Source of the DNA: Clostridia bacterium
Lineage (GTDB): Bacteria > Bacillota > Clostridia > DUPQ01
Reading direction: 5' to 3'
Assembly: GCA_016935835.1 (NCBI GenBank)
Contig: JAFGQE010000003.1
Span: 5,063-69,062, forward strand
DNA length: 64,000 nt
Numbering within the stretch: the stretch's first letter is position 1; each line of letters begins with the position of its first letter. The notes beneath the pieces are model-generated. The model was given only the letters and a program-made list of their open reading frames with translations, was not told the DNA's origin and did not search any database. This document shows, in pieces, positions 37,027-46,190 of this stretch. The position numbers and the translations under genes were made by a program.

Positions 37027-38141
37027 CAGACATCCACCTTTATCTTTCTCATCATTATGCTTTTTCTCGGCATACCGTCAGGCCCCGGGTAATTGAAGTC
37101 TGAATATACAATCATCGCGGCGTCATGGCCAATCGCGGCAAGGGCGCAGTATGAGCAGGTATCCTTCTGGTACTCCATGGGTTCTACCACGGCAATCCTT
37201 TCATGCCAGGCGCCTTCATGGAAAGGCCTTATGAACAGGCCGGGCCTTCCGTAACCCGCCAGCACCACCCCATTGCCGAGCCGTACTGTCTGGGGCCACA
37301 CACCCCTGTCGTCAAAATATTCCGGATCTGTCCATTTGGCCCCGCCGTCGTGCGTCCAGGTTATGTACATCGGCCCGATGCCGGTTCCGTCGGTAGTGCG
37401 GTGAAGTGAAAACGCCGTATTGCCGTCAAGGAAGCATATGTCGGGTTCACCGAAACCATAGCGTTTGGCGGCGCCGGGATCCCTTGCGGAGTCATAAGCG
37501 TAGGGAACCATGCTTACAAACCTGAAGGACCTGCCGGAGTCCGTGCTTTTCAAATACCATGATGCGGAATAAGGGCTGATTTTTCCGTCCTTTATGAAAT
37601 GCTTGTATAAAAGACCCCAGACCGCCCCTTCGGAATCCAGCTTGAAGTGATGGAAATATCCCGTCGGGAAGACACCTTCGGAGGTGTTCATCGTCCATCC
37701 GGGAAGTTCAACGGAAATCTCCTCCACCAGCCAGTCCCCGCCGGGTTTTTTGCGCTGTATGTACCAATGCCTGTACATTGGGTCGATATCCCTGTAATCG
37801 AAATAATTCCTTATAAATCCATAACTCTCGAATTGTCCCAGTTTTTCCGGCAGGCAAACATCCTTTTCGGGAATTGCCTTCTCCTGATGCGGCCTGATAA
37901 GGTCACCGCACGGCAAAAGCAGACCTCCGTTGACGCAATCAGCCCATGTCTCCCCTTTGTCAGCCGTGCAGAGCCATTTCCTTGGATGGCCATATGCCTT
38001 TGCACTGTCCGCTGAAACATGGAATTCAAGAAAAATGATGCCGCCTCCATCAAAAATACGGGGAAACTGCCAGGGTCCCCAGTCCCGGATACCGGCGGGG
38101 GATTGTGAAAGGATCTTTTCTTTTCCGAGTGTGATTTTCAT
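37026..38141 (-). CDS. Cytoplasmic BNR-repeat (sialidase-like beta-propeller) glycosidase-family protein
   Basis: BNR-type SxDxGxTW motifs TADKGETW and THDGGAKWT. No signal peptide. Stop overlaps the rqcH start. Confidence 0.55.
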   Translation of the reverse strand: MKITLGKEKILSQSPAGIRDWGPWQFPRIFDGGGIIFLEFHVSADSAKAYGHPRKWLCTADKGETWADCVNGGLLLPCGDLIRPHQEKAIPEKDVCLPEKLGQFESYGFIRNYFDYRDIDPMYRHWYIQRKKPGGDWLVEEISVELPGWTMNTSEGVFPTGYFHHFKLDSEGAVWGLLYKHFIKDGKISPYSASWYLKSTDSGRSFRFVSMVPYAYDSARDPGAAKRYGFGEPDICFLDGNTAFSLHRTTDGTGIGPMYITWTHDGGAKWTDPEYFDDRGVWPQTVRLGNGVVLAGYGRPGLFIRPFHEGAWHERIAVVEPMEYQKDTCSYCALAAIGHDAAMIVYSDFNYPGPDGMPRKSIMMRKIKVDV

Positions 38142-38150
38142 ATTTTGCTC

Positions 38151-39531
38151 CTATCTCATAGGCTTGGGAATTCCAAGCATCGGTTCGGGCTGGACTCCAT
38201 GGGCGGGAACCAGGTCGCCGCTTACTGAGAACAGTATGGCGGTATGCATCTCAAACTCCAGCAGTATGAACTTGCCCTCAAGCAAGCCGATGGGGCTGCC
38301 GTTCCATATGGGGACAAAAGCGATGTCGTCGCCTGTAAAAGGAACGCAGTTGTCAAAATCAAAGCCGTCATAGGGCAGCCTTGTATTGGGATCCAGAATC
38401 CGATATCTAACAAATCCGGTGGGGACGCACAGGTTGAACGAAATATTTCCTCCGTCCACCCTCATCCTTTTCATCTGCAGTCGTGCCCTGAGCCCATAGG
38501 ATTCCATCCCGGCGAACCCATGTTTCCTGATTTTATAAAACATAAGCTGGTTGTTTCCGTTTTTATTTACAAAATCCGACAGTTCCGATTCCGGGTATGC
38601 GGGCTTGAAGCCCCATCCATGGTCGGTTCTTCCGCCTCCGGCGGCAAGTATCCATTCCCTTCCGTCAGGGGACTCGTTCATGTTTGAAATGTATATCGTG
38701 GCAAAGCCGAAATCCGGGGGCATCGGGCGATCGACCATCGGTTCATGCGAAACCCTGTTCCAAATGAGTCCGTCATAACTGTAAACAAGGGCGGAGTCAA
38801 CCTTTCCGGCCATTTTTGTCCAGACCGTGTCATCCTCGTCAGTGTAATAAAGCTGGAGAAAACCAAGCAAATAACCGTTTTCGGGGTAAACCGTCATCCC
38901 ATAATACTGAGTATATTCGACATCAAATGGATTGGGCGACAGTATTACCCTGGGATCCGTCCAGTTCCTGAGGTCTTCCGAAAGAAGTGTGGTTATCCTC
39001 CTGTCTATATGCGCCCCGCGGCATATTATCTGATATTTGCCAAGGACGGGATTGAAGAAAATATTGTTTGACGTATCGGAGGCATGTTCGCTTACCCGGT
39101 ATTTTGTATCGGTGTTCCAGTTAAGGGCATCCGGGCTGACGGCCACATATCCCCGGCCTTCGCTCGTGTCCTTTTCATTGACCTTCATGACGACGCATTT
39201 GTACCTTTCATCCGGGTTGCCGGTGTGATTGTCGCGGTATACTATGTATGCGCCCGTATTGCTGACTGACAAAACCCTGCCGGCGGGGATGAAATTCAAT
39301 CCGTCGGAACTGACGGCGTAATGGGATTCCCTGTCCCAGTCCTTGCTTCGATCGGGAAGAAAATTGTAATAAAGATAATAAAGGCCTTTTTCCGGAACAT
39401 AAACCATCGATGACCCGACTGTTATACCGTCCTGGGAAAAGACGCCGGCCTTTGCCGGCTTGAAAATTCTTTTCCTGATTCCACGCCTCGAATTTATCAT
39501 GAAATCATCAAAAAATACATATGTGTTCATA
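38151..39531 (-). CDS. Hypothetical beta-propeller glycoside-hydrolase-like protein (GH32/43/130-like fold), cytoplasmic
   Basis: ORF track 38151..39587 trimmed to ATG 39529-39531 (MNTYVFFDDF). Repeated S/YxDGLxW-type blades (SSDGLNFIP, YSYDGLIWNRV). No signal peptide. Confidence 0.4.
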
Positions 39532-39691
39532 ATGCGCCCCCTGACTATAATCATTATAACCGCATAGCAGGGGCTTAACCACATCAATCATTAAAATGCT
39601 TCCGCACCCGGCAATAACATGGATGCGGGGAAATCAATGTTAATCAAAATATTTGAACAAAACCCCGGAATGTAATATTAATCCAGTTCAA

Positions 39692-40801
39692 TCAGAATCC
39701 GGTTGAGATTTCATGTATCTTCCACTCGCCGCCATATTTCATCAGCGTAAAGAACCGTGTGTTTTCGCCAGGTTCCCATCCGAACTGCTGATAATCGCCT
39801 GATTCCGGAACCTGCATTTTCACCTTGTAGCGCTGGATTTCATCGGTCCAGTTTTCCTCATCGGTTTCTGAAAATCCGGTCAGGACAAACTTTACTCCCC
39901 TTATTGAATCAAAACTGTCCGCCCACATATCCCTTGAGTTTTTATCAGGGGCCGCAGCATCATCCATCATTCCTATGGCATCTTCAGTTTTACCTTCATT
40001 TATCAGTGTTAGGAATTTTTTAAGAGTCAGGTCCTGATCCTGCATCCAGGCCATATGGGAAAGATCCGTACCCTTGACCACAAGATTCTCCTGGCTAATG
40101 GTGTCATTGTCGTTATTTCTGTATTTGACCTCGGCAAATTTACCCGTTGCGGCATTCACATAATAGAAATGCCTTTCGTACTCGCCGTTTCCGAGTGGAA
40201 CCCTATATGTAAAACCCCAGTATGGAAAATCATTATCATAATAACCGCTGACCTCATACCCTGCGTTGACGGGTATCAATCCGGTTATTCCTCCGTTTTC
40301 AATGACTTCCTTGGCGGCTTCCGCCATGGACATGAGGGGCCTGTCCTTTGGCAGGGATTGGTCCAGAGTGAAATTATTCTTGTCATCAACGAGCGTTCTT
40401 GAAATCTCATTCCCGAAAATATATACATATATAAGCTTGCCGGCTTTCGGGCTCACGAAATCCACCGTCCAGGAGTGGCATGAATCGGTGTTGGTCCAGT
40501 CGTAATGCAACGCCGTGCCAATACCGTTGATCATGCTCCAAAGAACCGCGTCGTCGTATAGTTTCACCGCCTCGGCATATGCCATGGCGGCGGCATCGAG
40601 CGAAGTTATATAATTGACGTCTTCTAATGCTTCCGATTGGCCCGGGGTGTTCGGACCCTTGGTTCCTGCCGGTGTGGGTGTCCCGGGTGCAATTGTGCCG
40701 CCGCCTGGTTCTTCCGCGCCCCCGCTTCCGCAGCCGGCAAACAGTAAAGCAAAGACAGACAACATCATGATTATGCAAAAGACAGAAGATTTGTGTTTCA
40801 T
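39692..40801 (-). CDS. Lipoprotein of unknown function (signal peptide + lipobox LFAGC, Gly/Pro/Thr-rich linker)
   Basis: N-terminal MKHKSSVFCIIMMLSVFALLFAGCGSGG, then a PGTPTPAGTKGPNTPG linker, then a ~300 aa globular domain. Confidence 0.6.
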   Translation of the reverse strand: MKHKSSVFCIIMMLSVFALLFAGCGSGGAEEPGGGTIAPGTPTPAGTKGPNTPGQSEALEDVNYITSLDAAAMAYAEAVKLYDDAVLWSMINGIGTALHYDWTNTDSCHSWTVDFVSPKAGKLIYVYIFGNEISRTLVDDKNNFTLDQSLPKDRPLMSMAEAAKEVIENGGITGLIPVNAGYEVSGYYDNDFPYWGFTYRVPLGNGEYERHFYYVNAATGKFAEVKYRNNDNDTISQENLVVKGTDLSHMAWMQDQDLTLKKFLTLINEGKTEDAIGMMDDAAAPDKNSRDMWADSFDSIRGVKFVLTGFSETDEENWTDEIQRYKVKMQVPESGDYQQFGWEPGENTRFFTLMKYGGEWKIHEISTGF

Positions 40802-41036
40802 ATAAACCCCCTGATTATTGAATTACATTTCCAATATATCACAATCAAAACATAAAATGAACCATGGAGCCGGCAGTACGATGCGAAAAACAAACATTCA
40901 GTAAGCAATGGGCTGCCCGTACCCGCGAATTTAAAACAGGAGAATTGAATCCGGCGCCATGTGATTATATCCGGCATCCGCGGGTATAATAGGTAATATG
41001 AAAAATAACAAAAAACCAATCGAATCAGGTGATTTT

Positions 41037-42281
41037 ATGGATGAGATGAACTTTAATGGAAAGTCTGGCGTTGCGCTTTTCATAACCGATGATTGCCCGC
41101 CCTGTGAGGCGGTGGTTCCTGTTCACGATAAGTTTTCCAAGATTTACGGAAAGGATATCAATTTCGTCACCGTAAATATAAAGGAGAAACCGGACCTGGC
41201 TGAAAAATACAAGATAAGAAGCATGCCGACGCTTATGTTCATGAAGGACGGCAATGAGGCCTGCTCAAGGCTTGGGGGATATATAGAAACCGACGAATTC
41301 AAGGGCAGGATTGAAAATGTGCTTGGGGGCAAATGCCCTGAAATGAGCAGGCAGAAGGTTACGGCAGATGTCATAATACTTGGCGCCGGACCCGCCGGGC
41401 TTTCGGCGGCGATATATACGGCAAGATCGAAATTGTATACTGTTGTAATCGACAGGGCGCTTCCGGGCGGACAGGTGGCGACAACATACACTGTGGAAAA
41501 CTATGCGGGCACGGACGGCCCGATAGAGGGACCGGCACTGATGGAGAATATGGTGAGGCAGGCTGAATCCTTCGGCGCGGAAATATTTGAGCTCAAGGAA
41601 GTCACCGGGATTGATTTCAGCGGAAGGATCAGGCATGTGTCGACCGAGGACACGGATTATTATGCAAAGGCGGTAATCATAGCAACAGGGGCGCAGCCCA
41701 GGCATCTTGCCGTTGACAGGGCGGATGAGCTGCAGGGTAAGGGAGTGCATTATTGCGCCACATGCGACGGCGCCTTGTATCAAGGAGCTGAGATCCTGGT
41801 TGTCGGAGGAGGCAATTCCGCAGTGGAGGAAGCCGTGAACCTTGCAAAGTTCGCATCAGGGATTACCCTGGTCAACCTGCATGATTCATTTACGGCAACA
41901 AAGGCCGGACAGAATGCGCTGTTTCGGAATAAAAGGATAAATGTAGCCTGGAATTCAGAAATTGTGGAGCTTATCGGTGAAAACTTCCTGGAGAAAGTTG
42001 TGATCAAGAACAGGAAGTCAGGCAAAAGGAAGACCATTGCCGCCGAGGGAATATTCACATTCATCGGAATGGTTCCCCGAACGGAACTTTTCAAAGATTC
42101 TGTTGATATGGATGAAAAAGGGTATATATTAACAGACGAGAATATGGAGACCAGCATCCCGGGAGTTTATGCATGCGGGGATGTGCGAAGGAAAAATATA
42201 AGGCAGATCGCGAATGCGGTCGGAGATGGAGCAATCGCTGCAATATTTGCCGAGAAATACATATCTTCATTGGAAGATTAA
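41037..42281 (+). CDS. Thioredoxin-thioredoxin reductase fusion protein (N-terminal Trx domain with CPPC, C-terminal FAD/NAD(P) TrxR with CATC)
   Basis: Trx fold (...DDCPPCEAV...SMPTLMF...). TrxR motifs ILGAGPAGLSAAIY, CATCDG, GGGNSAVEEA. Start chosen at the ATG after AGGTGA; the ORF track starts at 40998. Confidence 0.8.
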   Translation: MDEMNFNGKSGVALFITDDCPPCEAVVPVHDKFSKIYGKDINFVTVNIKEKPDLAEKYKIRSMPTLMFMKDGNEACSRLGGYIETDEFKGRIENVLGGKCPEMSRQKVTADVIILGAGPAGLSAAIYTARSKLYTVVIDRALPGGQVATTYTVENYAGTDGPIEGPALMENMVRQAESFGAEIFELKEVTGIDFSGRIRHVSTEDTDYYAKAVIIATGAQPRHLAVDRADELQGKGVHYCATCDGALYQGAEILVVGGGNSAVEEAVNLAKFASGITLVNLHDSFTATKAGQNALFRNKRINVAWNSEIVELIGENFLEKVVIKNRKSGKRKTIAAEGIFTFIGMVPRTELFKDSVDMDEKGYILTDENMETSIPGVYACGDVRRKNIRQIANAVGDGAIAAIFAEKYISSLED

Positions 42282-42298
42282 GAAGAAGGAGAGAGAAA

Positions 42299-42523
42299 AT
42301 GGTAAAAGTTTATTCAACGCCCACATGCCCCTATTGTAAAATGGCAAAGAAGTTCCTGGCGGAAAATGAAGTGCAGTTCGAGGACATTGATGTTTCAAAG
42401 GACCGCGACCAGGCAATGGAGATGATCAGCAAGTCAGGTCAGAGGGGGGTTCCGGTAATAGACTTCAACGGCGAAATCATTATCGGTTTTGACAAGCCCA
42501 GGCTCGAACACCTTATAGTATAG
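42299..42523 (+). CDS. Glutaredoxin-like protein (NrdH/YruB-type, CPYC active site)
   Basis: 74 aa: MVKVYSTPTCPYCKMAKKFL...GVPVIDFNGEIIIGFD. The ORF-track 5' extension is discarded. Confidence 0.8.
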   Translation: MVKVYSTPTCPYCKMAKKFLAENEVQFEDIDVSKDRDQAMEMISKSGQRGVPVIDFNGEIIIGFDKPRLEHLIV

Positions 42524-42639
42524 GGACTTCCGGCGGGATACCGGTACCTGCCGTTGAAATGTGCGCGTTCAGCCTGGCTGCGCCTCATATGACATGCCGG
42601 GCACGTTTATCAGCAAAAACAGACAATTCAACATTGGAT

Positions 42640-42667
42640 AAAAAAAGCGGTCCTTCCGGACCGTTTT

Positions 42668-42668
<1 letters not shown>
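42640..42668. terminator. Bidirectional intrinsic terminator shared by the grx-like gene (+) and tRNA-Thr (-)
   Basis: AAAAAAA-GCGGTCC-TTCC-GGACCG-TTTTT, read directly. The T-run abuts the tRNA 3' end. Confidence 0.65.
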
Positions 42669-42743
<75 letters not shown>

Positions 42744-42797
42744 GCAATTTGCGATTTGTATTTTAACATAACATGATGAGTTAGTCCATTAAATTTT

Positions 42798-43415
42798 TCA
42801 TATGGACATACCGGCGGCGATTCCCGAAATTTTCCGCCGTATTCTTTGCAGGGCATTGTCTATCGATTTCGCCGGCTTGTCCATCAATAAGGATATTCTC
42901 CTGTAGTCCTCGCCTTTGAGATACATCAGCAGCACCTGGTTTTCCAGCTTGCTGAGGCTTTCCTTTATTTTATTCATTAGAAGCCCGGTTGTTTCCTTGC
43001 TGATTATGAAGTCCTCGGGGCTGCTGTTTCCATACTGATAAAGAATATCGGCAAGCGTCCGGTCGTCCCCTTCATCGACCGGTTTGCTCAAGGATACATA
43101 TGAATTGAGCGGCTGGTGCTTTTGCCGTGTAGCGGCCTTTACCGCGGTCAGGATCTGCCTTGTTATACAAAGTTCGGCAAAAGCTGGGAAACAAGGGGTT
43201 ATTGTACTGTCAAAGTCCATGATCGCTTTATAAAGCCCTATCATTCCCTCCTGCATAATATCCTCGCTATCTGCCCCGATAAGAAAATAAGACCTTGATT
43301 TTGCCCTCGCAAGCGACAGGTATTTATACATGACATACTCCATCGCGCGTTCATCATTGTTTTTTGCAAGGGCAATTACATCATTTTCTTTCATTGAATC
43401 ATAGTCGTTGGTCAT
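42798..43415 (-). CDS. sigH: RNA polymerase sigma-H (Spo0H-type sigma-70 family) factor
   Basis: Regions 2 and 4 of a sigma-70 family factor. The N-terminus DVIALAKNNDERAMEYVMYKYLSLARAKSRSYF...DIMQEGMIGLYKAI is typical of SigH. Start trimmed to the Met matching the SigH N-terminus. Confidence 0.75.
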   Translation of the reverse strand: MTNDYDSMKENDVIALAKNNDERAMEYVMYKYLSLARAKSRSYFLIGADSEDIMQEGMIGLYKAIMDFDSTITPCFPAFAELCITRQILTAVKAATRQKHQPLNSYVSLSKPVDEGDDRTLADILYQYGNSSPEDFIISKETTGLLMNKIKESLSKLENQVLLMYLKGEDYRRISLLMDKPAKSIDNALQRIRRKISGIAAGMSI

Positions 43416-43446
43416 TTTATCCACGGATTGCCTTTCATATTTCAAA

Positions 43447-44466
43447 CTACAGGTATTTATGCTGATTTTCAAATACATCAAGCATTGCGGCTATATTCCC
43501 GGCAGGGACGTCATATGGCACCGCATGGGTCGGCGAGGCTATGTAGCCTCCGCCGGGGCCAAGGGTCTTCATTATCGAGATTGTTTTTTGACGGACGCCA
43601 TCCGGGGTCTCGAACGGCAGCATTGACTGCGTGCTTATGGCGCCCCAGAAGCTCAGGTCATTTCCCAATTCGGATTTAACCCGGGCAATGTCATAGATTT
43701 CGGGTTGGAAGGTCTGATAGCAGTGGAGCCCGCATTCAATGACATCAGGAAGGACTTCACTGATATCCCCGCATGAATGCTGCATGACGAACTTGCCGCT
43801 TTTCCTGACCGCGGAATAAGCTCTTTTAAGCCGGGGCTTGATAAATTCACGCCACATGGCCGGCCCCATTATCAGACCTCTCTGCTGGCCCCAGTCGTCG
43901 CCGAAGCAGACCCCGTCCACATCATATGAGGCCGCAAACTCGACGAGGGAGATATTGAAACCGCATATCCTGTCAAGAAGCCCGTGCACGAAATCCGGGT
44001 GCATTATCATGTCCATGAGGAGATTTTCCATTCCTCTCAATGTCCAGGCCCTTTCAAATAGCGAGAAGCCGATATTGAACACCTTGAAAACATCCTTGTT
44101 TGATTCGGAAAACCGGACTAGCCTCGAGCCAAGCTCATTAAAATCAATTTCTGGAAGGTCGAATCCGAATGCATCGGGTTCCTCTATGACGTGGTTTTCA
44201 ACAATGCCGATATCCTTGTCGGGTCCGCTCCGGTTCCAGACGACGCCCCACTGGTCCATGAAATGTCCGGGTGCGTATTCAAGCTCTGTGTGGGGCATGG
44301 AGTAATCGATCACTTTCAGATGGTTGTTTATCTTGTCCTCGAAATTATTATCACCGAAATACGCGGCCATTTTCTGCCATTGGGGAATCGTAAACGAAAC
44401 CTCGAATGGAATCCGGTCCGGCTCAATGTGGTTGAGGGAATTCACGACGCGTTGTTTTTTGTTCAT
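43447..44466 (-). CDS. Uroporphyrinogen decarboxylase (URO-D) family protein (MtaA/CmuA-like methyltransferase or UroD-like)
   Basis: True start MNKKQRVVNSLNHIEPDRIPFE, preceded by GGAGG. URO-D family motifs (PxxxMRQAGR-like region is degenerate). ~339 aa. Confidence 0.65.
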   Translation of the reverse strand: MNKKQRVVNSLNHIEPDRIPFEVSFTIPQWQKMAAYFGDNNFEDKINNHLKVIDYSMPHTELEYAPGHFMDQWGVVWNRSGPDKDIGIVENHVIEEPDAFGFDLPEIDFNELGSRLVRFSESNKDVFKVFNIGFSLFERAWTLRGMENLLMDMIMHPDFVHGLLDRICGFNISLVEFAASYDVDGVCFGDDWGQQRGLIMGPAMWREFIKPRLKRAYSAVRKSGKFVMQHSCGDISEVLPDVIECGLHCYQTFQPEIYDIARVKSELGNDLSFWGAISTQSMLPFETPDGVRQKTISIMKTLGPGGGYIASPTHAVPYDVPAGNIAAMLDVFENQHKYL

Positions 44467-44654
44467 AGATCCTCCGTTTTGATGGCTGTGGCCAGCCGGT
44501 TGCAGTAATAAGTATACCGCATTTCCATCCGTCGATAAACCATGCGGACTCATGGGATTCGAATTAATCGAAAAAATTCGAAAAATGGAATTCCCATGGA
44601 ACAAAAAAAGGCCCCTGTCGTTTAATTGATATGCTTGGTAAGGAGGTTCGTTCC

Positions 44655-45038
44655 ATGAACAGGAAAAAGTGGATAGTAGTATTGGTAATCGCATTTTTAT
44701 TGACGGCAATCGGTGCAGGTGTTGCAATCGGAATGACGAATATAAAAAAGACTTCCGATGAATTCACAATCAAACCCGGCCAGCTGATTGATATAAAGCT
44801 TGAAGAGAACCCATCTACAGGTTACAGCTGGTCAGTCTCCATTTCAAACAATGATGTTGTTGAAGTGGCAAGGGATTACTTTGCTGAAGGCCTTCCGATC
44901 ATAGGCGGCGGAGGAGAGCACATCTGGAAGATCAAAGGACTGGAAAAAGGAGTTGCCACGCTTACTTTTTCATACAGCAGGTCCTGGGAAGAGAACAGAA
45001 CAATTGAAGAAAAGACTTTTACCATAAGGGTAAAATGA
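44655..45038 (+). CDS. Chagasin-family (MEROPS I42) cysteine-protease inhibitor with an N-terminal membrane anchor/signal
   Basis: GGAGG RBS. TM/signal WIVVLVIAFLLTAIGAGVAIG. The signature ENPSTGYSW is the I42 NPTTGYxW loop. Ig-like size (~128 aa). Confidence 0.7.
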   Translation: MNRKKWIVVLVIAFLLTAIGAGVAIGMTNIKKTSDEFTIKPGQLIDIKLEENPSTGYSWSVSISNNDVVEVARDYFAEGLPIIGGGGEHIWKIKGLEKGVATLTFSYSRSWEENRTIEEKTFTIRVK

Positions 45039-45054
45039 TTTCCTTCCATCTTTG

Positions 45055-45083
45055 AAAAGCACCCTTGGCGGTGCTTTTTTTTT
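45055..45083 (+). terminator. Intrinsic terminator after the chagasin-like gene
   Basis: AAAA-GCACC-CTTGG-CGGTGC followed by T9, read directly. Confidence 0.7.
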
Positions 45084-45160
45084 GCATTTGATTGCAGTTT
45101 GTCCCGCCCGGGATATAGAGGCTGATACCGGCCGGGATCAAACTGGCCCAGCCGCGGCAA

Positions 45161-45189
45161 TTGCCATAATATTACATATATAATATAAT
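45161..45189 (+). promoter_or_regulatory. Sigma-A promoter of the phoH operon: TTGCCA-17nt-TATAAT
   Basis: Read directly. The 16-mer AATATAATGTTTAGGC spanning -10 to +10 is identical to that in the lon promoter. Confidence 0.5.
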
Positions 45190-45226
45190 GTTTAGGCGGT
45201 CTGAAAATAGGAAGGAACCCTTGTAT

Positions 45227-46189
45227 ATGGAAAAGACTATCGGATTCGACAATATTGACCATGTCATGAATTTGTTCGGAAGCCAGGATGAGAATGCAAA
45301 GGCAATCGAAAGCATACTTGCGGTAAGCATTGTGCCCAGAGGAACAGATATTAAGATAATAGGCGAAGAAAGCCAGGTCGAAAAGACCCTTGAGCTCATA
45401 GACAAGCTCATGCGGATAGCGCGGGACGGAGACGAGATAACAAAGCAGAACACGGTTTACCTCGCAAACCTCATAGCCGAAGGGGCCATGGGGGACGGTG
45501 AATACCCGGCTGATTATGTCTGCCTGAATGCAAACGGCAAACCAATCAAGTCAAAGACGTTCGGGCAGAAAAAATATGTGGAGAACATAAAGAAGAACGA
45601 CATTGTCTTTTGCATAGGCCCTGCCGGAACCGGCAAGACGTTCCTTGCGGTGGCAATGGCGGTAACTGCTTTCAGGGCGGACAAGGTGAACAGGATAATC
45701 CTGACGAGACCGGCGGTCGAGGCGGGTGAAAAGCTGGGCTTTTTACCAGGGGATCTCCAGAGCAAGATCGACCCTTACCTGCGCCCCCTGTATGATTCGC
45801 TTTATGAAATAATGGGACCGGAGGCATTTTACAGGAACAGGGAAAAAGGACTGATTGAAATTGTTCCGCTGGCATATATGAGGGGACGGACCCTTGATGA
45901 TTCATTCATCATACTTGATGAGGCGCAGAACACGACGAAGGAACAGATGAAGATGTTCCTCACCAGGATGGGGTTCAATTCAAAGGTAATAGTCACCGGG
46001 GATGTAACCCAGATAGATTTGCCCAGCGACAAGAAGTCGGGTCTCAGGGAATCCGAGAACATACTCAAGAATATCAAGGGAATTGCCTTTTCCTACCTGA
46101 CCGAAAGGGATGTCGTAAGGCACGAGCTTGTGCAAAAAATAATTAAGGCATATGATAAATATGAAAACGGCCGGGTAAAGAAAGGTTGA
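45227..46189 (+). CDS. phoH: PhoH-like ATPase (PhoH/YbeZ)
   Basis: Walker A GPAGTGKTFLAV, Walker B IILDEAQN, KH-like N-terminal domain. Confidence 0.9.
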   Translation: MEKTIGFDNIDHVMNLFGSQDENAKAIESILAVSIVPRGTDIKIIGEESQVEKTLELIDKLMRIARDGDEITKQNTVYLANLIAEGAMGDGEYPADYVCLNANGKPIKSKTFGQKKYVENIKKNDIVFCIGPAGTGKTFLAVAMAVTAFRADKVNRIILTRPAVEAGEKLGFLPGDLQSKIDPYLRPLYDSLYEIMGPEAFYRNREKGLIEIVPLAYMRGRTLDDSFIILDEAQNTTKEQMKMFLTRMGFNSKVIVTGDVTQIDLPSDKKSGLRESENILKNIKGIAFSYLTERDVVRHELVQKIIKAYDKYENGRVKKG

Positions 46190-46190
46190 A

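Noticed and set aside
40998-41036. Upstream ATG (40998) as the start of the Trx-TrxR fusion
   Set aside because: It lies only 8 nt after the TATAAT -10 box and has no RBS. The ATG at 41037 follows AGGTGA. A leaderless start cannot be excluded, so this is flagged in the findings instead.
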